64,000 nucleotides of DNA, from the NCBI GenBank assembly GCA_965202805.1, contig OZ241869.1:32001-96000 (forward strand), in the 5' to 3' direction. Below are positions 59,658 to 64,000 of this stretch, piece by piece. The notes beneath the pieces are model-generated. The model saw nothing but the letters and a program-made list of their open reading frames with translations, did no database searches and was not told the DNA's origin. The stretch's first letter is position 1. Every line of letters begins with the position of its first letter. Position numbers and translations under genes: made by a program. The stretch is from Longimicrobiales bacterium (GTDB lineage Bacteria; Gemmatimonadota; Gemmatimonadetes; Longimicrobiales; Gaopeijiaceae).

Positions 59658-60185
59658 ATGAACCTCGAATCCCTGGGGAATCTTGCGGAGATCGTCGGCG
59701 TCCTCGTCGTGATCGCAGGCTTCCTCTTCGGCTACCTGCAGATTCAGCAGTACGGCATCCAGCGCCGTGCCACGGCCGCCATCGAACTCGCGCGCTCGCT
59801 GCAGAATCCCCCCCTGGCGCGCGCCCTGCGCCTGATCCTCACCCTTCCGCCGGGTATCGACGGGTCCGAGATTCGCGCGCGCGGAAGCGAGTATGAGGAC
59901 GCCGCGATGCTGGTTTGCCTGACCTTCGAGTCGGTGGGCCTCATGGCCCATCGCCACATGGTTTCCCTGGAGCTGGTGTGGGAGTTCATGGGCGGGGCGC
60001 TGCTGGGTGCCTGGGAGCGGCTCGAGGACTGGACGCACGAGATCCGCGACATGAGCGGCGACGAGAAATTCAACGAGTGGATGCAGTGGCTGGTGGAGCA
60101 GTGCTATCGCCGGTACGGCCGGGAGGAACCGGCGTACCGGCGGTATGCGGAGTGGCTCCCCAGCGGGCGGGACCGCGTGGCTTGA
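59658..60185 (+). CDS. Hypothetical protein (DUF4760-like)
   Basis: N-terminal TM (LAEIVGVLVVIAG..LQI), FESVGLMAHR, EWMQWL. Confidence 0.65.
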   Translation: MNLESLGNLAEIVGVLVVIAGFLFGYLQIQQYGIQRRATAAIELARSLQNPPLARALRLILTLPPGIDGSEIRARGSEYEDAAMLVCLTFESVGLMAHRHMVSLELVWEFMGGALLGAWERLEDWTHEIRDMSGDEKFNEWMQWLVEQCYRRYGREEPAYRRYAEWLPSGRDRVA

Positions 60186-60186
60186 G

Positions 60187-60212
60187 GGGAGGCCGCGGCC
60201 CCGCGGCCTCCC
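60187..60212. terminator. GC hairpin between convergent genes
   Basis: gggaggccgcgg-cc-ccgcggcctccc. Confidence 0.5.
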
Positions 60213-60235
60213 GGGATGTGGTCGACCGGCTCCGG

Positions 60236-60874
60236 TCAGCCCGAACGGATCGGGATGCTGATGCTGGTCTGCTCCCACTCCATGACCAGGTCGGCGCCGC
60301 CCTCGGCCTCCATGAAGCTGTAGCGCAGCTGATCGACCGCCTCCTCCACCATGCCCGGCGTCACCATGAAGCTGCCCACGTCGTTGGCGGTCACTTCGGG
60401 ACCGATGGGGATGCCCCAGCGTTCGTTGACCGAGTTGATGTGGACGGTCCAGTCACCCATGGTGGGGGTGGCGTAGAGGGAGTATGCGCCCGCGTCCAGG
60501 GCGACGCCTCCGACGCTGGCGCCCGCGCTCAGGTAGATCGCGGTGGCTTCGTTGGCTCCCATGCGCCAGGGGGCGTCGTAGGGGACCAGGGCGCCCATGA
60601 TCTCACGGGTCACCTCGGGGTTGTTGGGGTCCCTGCGCAGGGGCGCGCCGTAGCAGACCTTGACCATCACGTCGCCGAACGACGTGGAGGCGGACTCGAG
60701 CGAGCTGAGCCGGCCCTCCAGGTCGCCGCTCACGAAGCAGTCCGGTTCCATGGCCTTTTCTTCGGACTCGGCCATCTCCATGTCTGAAGCAGCCTCTTCC
60801 GCCGCCTCCTGCGCGCAGGCGGGAAGGAGAAGGAGAAGGGCGAACACGGCGGTCAGGGGCGTGAAGAGCTTCAT
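60236..60874 (-). CDS. DUF2911-family lipoprotein
   Basis: LPAC lipobox, CYGAP, LVPYDAPWRMGANEAT, AGAYSLY. Confidence 0.82.
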   Translation of the reverse strand: MKLFTPLTAVFALLLLLPACAQEAAEEAASDMEMAESEEKAMEPDCFVSGDLEGRLSSLESASTSFGDVMVKVCYGAPLRRDPNNPEVTREIMGALVPYDAPWRMGANEATAIYLSAGASVGGVALDAGAYSLYATPTMGDWTVHINSVNERWGIPIGPEVTANDVGSFMVTPGMVEEAVDQLRYSFMEAEGGADLVMEWEQTSISIPIRSG

Positions 60875-61082
60875 GAAGTTCCTCCAGCAGAGGGAATACA
60901 TCACAGGAGGCGTGCCGCGGCAGCGGTCGGGCCACCGCGCGGCGTGCCCCCGCACAACTCGCACGGCAAGGCGGCTTCGGATAGGATGATGCGCGCCGGA
61001 AGTCCGGTCAAGTCGGACGGCGCGTTCCGGGGCGCCTCCACGAGGAGCGCCCGCGGGGACTGAACTCGCCCGGGGAGACGCC

Positions 61083-62072
61083 ATGAAGGCCGTATTGATG
61101 GACGGTTTCGGGGATGCCGGGGTGTTGCGCCGGGGCGATGCTCCGGTGCCCGAGCCCGCAGCGGGCCAGGTGCTCATCGAGGTGGTGGCGACCACCGTGA
61201 ATCACGCCGACATCAGCCAGCGGAAGGGGAAGTACCCCCCGCCTCCCGGCGAGTCGGAGATCCTCGGGCTCGAGGTGGCGGGCGTGGTGCGCGAGACGGG
61301 CCCCGGGGTCGAGCGCTTCGGTCCCGGCGACCGGGTCATGACGCTGGTGGCCGGCGGGGGATACGCGGAGTTCGCGTGCGCCTACGAGGGCCACCTGGTA
61401 CGGATCCCGGAGGCGCTGTCGTGGGAGGAGGCGGCATGCGTCTGCGAGACCTACGTGACCGCGTACCTCAACCTGTTCATGCTGGGCCGCCTCGGCGACG
61501 GCGACGCAGTGCTGCTGCACGGCGGCGGAGGCGGGGTGAACACGGCCGCCATCCACCTGTGCCGCACGCTGGTGCCCGACACCCGCATGGTCGTGACCTG
61601 CTCACCCGGCAAGGTGGAGCGCGTGCGGGCGATGGGCGTGCACTGCGTGGTGGACTACACGGCCGAGGAGTTCGCCCCGGCGGCGCGCGCCTTCACGGGG
61701 GGCCGGGGGGTGGATGTGGTGCTGGACCACATCGGCGCGGCCTACCTGAAGGGCAACCTGAAGGCCATGGCGCCCGGCGGCCGCCTGGTCGTGATCGGGC
61801 TGATGGGCGGGCTCAAGGCCGAACTCAACCTGGCCCTGCTGATGGTCAAGCGGCACACGATCATCGGTTCGGTGCTGCGCTCGCGTCCGGTGCCCGAGAA
61901 GGCCGACATCATGGCCGAGTTCGAGCGGGTGGTGGTGCCCCACTTCGCCGCCCGCCGCATCGTGCCCCTGATCGACGCGGTCTATCCGCTGCGAGAGGCG
62001 GCCGAAGCACACCGCCAGATGGAGGCGAGCGCCCACTTCGGCAAGCTGGTGCTCAGGGTGCGGGAGGATTAG
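61083..62072 (+). CDS. NAD(P)H-quinone oxidoreductase (PIG3/zeta-crystallin family)
   Basis: GKYPPPPGESEILGLE, HGGGGGV, GSVLRSR, HFGKLVL. Confidence 0.92.
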   Translation: MKAVLMDGFGDAGVLRRGDAPVPEPAAGQVLIEVVATTVNHADISQRKGKYPPPPGESEILGLEVAGVVRETGPGVERFGPGDRVMTLVAGGGYAEFACAYEGHLVRIPEALSWEEAACVCETYVTAYLNLFMLGRLGDGDAVLLHGGGGGVNTAAIHLCRTLVPDTRMVVTCSPGKVERVRAMGVHCVVDYTAEEFAPAARAFTGGRGVDVVLDHIGAAYLKGNLKAMAPGGRLVVIGLMGGLKAELNLALLMVKRHTIIGSVLRSRPVPEKADIMAEFERVVVPHFAARRIVPLIDAVYPLREAAEAHRQMEASAHFGKLVLRVRED

Positions 62073-62079
62073 CGGCGGC

Positions 62080-62565
62080 TCATGTGCTCTTCAGGACCCT
62101 GGGATCGTAGCGGTATGCCATGATCTCACCCGGCTCGAGCCTGCAGAAATCCGCATGGGCGGGATTGACGATGTAGTTGACCTCGCCGATGACCACGGCG
62201 CTCGGCACCGCGAGGACGGCGGACTCCAGCGAGGCGAGCCATCGGTCGCCGATGCCCTGGGTGGCGGGGTGCAGGCTCGTACGGGCCCAATCGGCGGGCA
62301 ACTGCTGACGATCCACCGCCTTGACGAGATCCGGCGGGATGCCCACGCGGAGCTTGCGGTACGCTTTCAGCACATCGCTATCTCGGAGACGAACGAGCAG
62401 CTCCAGGCTCGCCAGTGCCAGACTGCCTGCCAGGTAGACCACCCTCCGCCCCGGGCTGCTCCAGCGCCCGCCATTCCGAAGAGTGCCGTCCCCGGAGAGC
62501 ATGTCTTCGACGGTGCGAGAATACTCCGGCGCGGCCAGTCGCCATCCATGGATCAGGCTCGCCAC
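62080..62565 (-). CDS. RES-domain toxin (MbcT/ParT-like)
   Basis: WRL, SGDG..GGRWS, VVYLAGSLALASLE, VPSAV, NYIVNPAH. Confidence 0.9.
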   Translation of the reverse strand: MASLIHGWRLAAPEYSRTVEDMLSGDGTLRNGGRWSSPGRRVVYLAGSLALASLELLVRLRDSDVLKAYRKLRVGIPPDLVKAVDRQQLPADWARTSLHPATQGIGDRWLASLESAVLAVPSAVVIGEVNYIVNPAHADFCRLEPGEIMAYRYDPRVLKST

Positions 62566-62569
62566 ACCC

Positions 62570-62986
62570 TTAGCTGAAGATCCCGTGGCGAATCCGTCCG
62601 ATGACCTGTTCCACTTCGCGGCTCCCCACCTCAGTGGATGCCCGTTCGAGCGGTGACTCGCCCTCAAGCAGCTCGTGCGGATCCCCGAGCCACCGCCGGG
62701 CGGCTTTGCCATCGCCCAGCATCATGTCGTGGACCAACGCCACCAGACGGGCTACGCGCACCAGTCGATCCGACTCCTCCTCCGTCAGCCGCTCCGCCTT
62801 TCGCCTCCGGGCGAGAGTCGTGGAGGGCAGTCCGATCACTCGGGCGAGCGCGAGGCGCCCGACCCCTGCGGCGGCCGCGACCTCGTCCAGCATCGAAAAC
62901 GGCAGGCCGCTCCGAACCATCGCCACCGCCCCCTCGCGAACGAGAAGAGGCTTGAGAGCCTCCGGCTTCTTGTATCTCATCGGCAT
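62570..62986 (-). CDS. Xre/MbcA/ParS-type antitoxin
   Basis: TLARRRKAERLTEEESDRLVR, ARRWL..P, RIRHGIFS. Confidence 0.9.
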   Translation of the reverse strand: MPMRYKKPEALKPLLVREGAVAMVRSGLPFSMLDEVAAAAGVGRLALARVIGLPSTTLARRRKAERLTEEESDRLVRVARLVALVHDMMLGDGKAARRWLGDPHELLEGESPLERASTEVGSREVEQVIGRIRHGIFS

Positions 62987-63022
62987 TCACCAAATGGTAT
63001 CTATCCACATTCCATTTGGTGA
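62987..63022. promoter_or_regulatory. Inverted-repeat operator of the Xre-RES operon
   Basis: TCACCAAATGG-N14-CCATTTGGTGA abutting the antitoxin start. Confidence 0.7.
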
Positions 63023-63197
63023 CATTCTAACGTGATTCACCCGCGCCGCCAAGCTTTCGGATCCGCCCCTCCCCCGGCATTGCAACCCACGCGTCTTCGC
63101 CTTCCTTGGCAGGCCGCAGCCCGCTCCCTAGCTTTGCTCGGACTCGCGGGGAGGCCCGCGCGGCTCGATTCGCAAGCCATCACGGAGGATGAAGTTC

Positions 63198-64000
63198 ATG
63201 ACGACCGCGACCGCACTGAAATCCAGGACCGCCGAAGACACCCTGGCGCGCAAGAGCCGCGAGGAAGACGTCATCTCGGGCGGGCACCTGGCCGCCCGCG
63301 CGCTGGCCAACGAGGGTGTCGACACCGTTTTCACGCTGTGCGGCGGGCACATCATCGACACCTACGACGGGTGCATCGACGAGAACATCCGCATCATCGA
63401 CGTGCGTCACGAGCAGGTCGCCGCCCACGCCGCGGACGGGTATGCGCGGCAGACCGGCGGGCTCGGGTGCGTGATCACCACGGCCGGCCCGGGGTTCACC
63501 AACGCGCTCACCGGCATCGCGACCGCGTTCCGGTCGGAGAGCCCGGTGCTGCACATCGGCGGGCAGGGCGCGCTCACCCAGCACAAGATGGGGTCGCTTC
63601 AGGACCTGCCCCACGTCAACATCGCGCGCCCGATCACCAAGTTCGCGGGCGGGGTTCGCTCCACCGAGCGCATCGCGGACATGGTGTCGATGGCCGCGCG
63701 CGAGTGCTTCGCCGGCACGCCGGGGCCGAGCTACCTCGAGATCCCGCGCGACATCCTCGACCGGGAGATTCCGCTCGCCAGCGCGACCATCCCCGAGCCG
63801 GGCCGCTACCGCGCCTCGACCCGCTCCGTGGGCGATCCGCGCGACATCGAACGCCTCGCCGATCTGCTGGTCAAGTCCGAGCGCCCCGCCATCCTCTTCG
63901 GGCAGCAGGTGTGGGGCTGCCGCGCACACCAGGAGGCCTGGGACCTGGTGCGCACCCTGAACATCCCGACCTTCACCAACGGCGCCTCGCGCGGCCTGCT
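63198..64000 (+). CDS. Thiamine pyrophosphate-dependent enzyme (acetolactate synthase / 2-hydroxyacyl-CoA lyase-like), partial
   Basis: Manual translation: GGHLAARALANEGVDTVFTLCGGH, DVRHEQVAAHAADGYAR, TAGPGFTN; runs off the window. Confidence 0.9.
   Translation, partial: MTTATALKSRTAEDTLARKSREEDVISGGHLAARALANEGVDTVFTLCGGHIIDTYDGCIDENIRIIDVRHEQVAAHAADGYARQTGGLGCVITTAGPGFTNALTGIATAFRSESPVLHIGGQGALTQHKMGSLQDLPHVNIARPITKFAGGVRSTERIADMVSMAARECFAGTPGPSYLEIPRDILDREIPLASATIPEPGRYRASTRSVGDPRDIERLADLLVKSERPAILFGQQVWGCRAHQEAWDLVRTLNIPTFTNGASRGL

Overview
Very GC-rich, densely coding bacterial chromosomal window. The style (many secreted peptidases, PQQ enzymes, a TonB receptor, a DUF5916-like protein) suggests Gemmatimonadota, but that is only an inference. 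Housekeeping genes: pyrR-pyrB-pyrC, rpsT, scpAB-rluB, pcm, tadA, upp and a tRNA with a CAU anticodon. Accessory content: two RND efflux operons, three type II toxin-antitoxin loci (one with a 5'-truncated HigB), two PQQ dehydrogenases and several hydrolases. Highlights: (i) a RuBisCO-like protein-cupin-mtnA cluster resembling the MTA-isoprenoid shunt; (ii) a selenocysteine formate dehydrogenase (in-frame UGA plus SECIS) with a fused NuoEF-type partner; (iii) a LexA-like repressor lacking all autocleavage residues; (iv) short unannotated ORFs that overlap the stop and start codons of the genes on both sides; (v) an S9 peptidase/beta-lactamase-fold fusion; (vi) AT-rich repeat or dyad elements between convergent genes. 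No CRISPR array, rRNA, integrase or transposase was seen. Most long ORF-track entries are antisense shadows. All family calls come from motif recognition by eye, not database searches.
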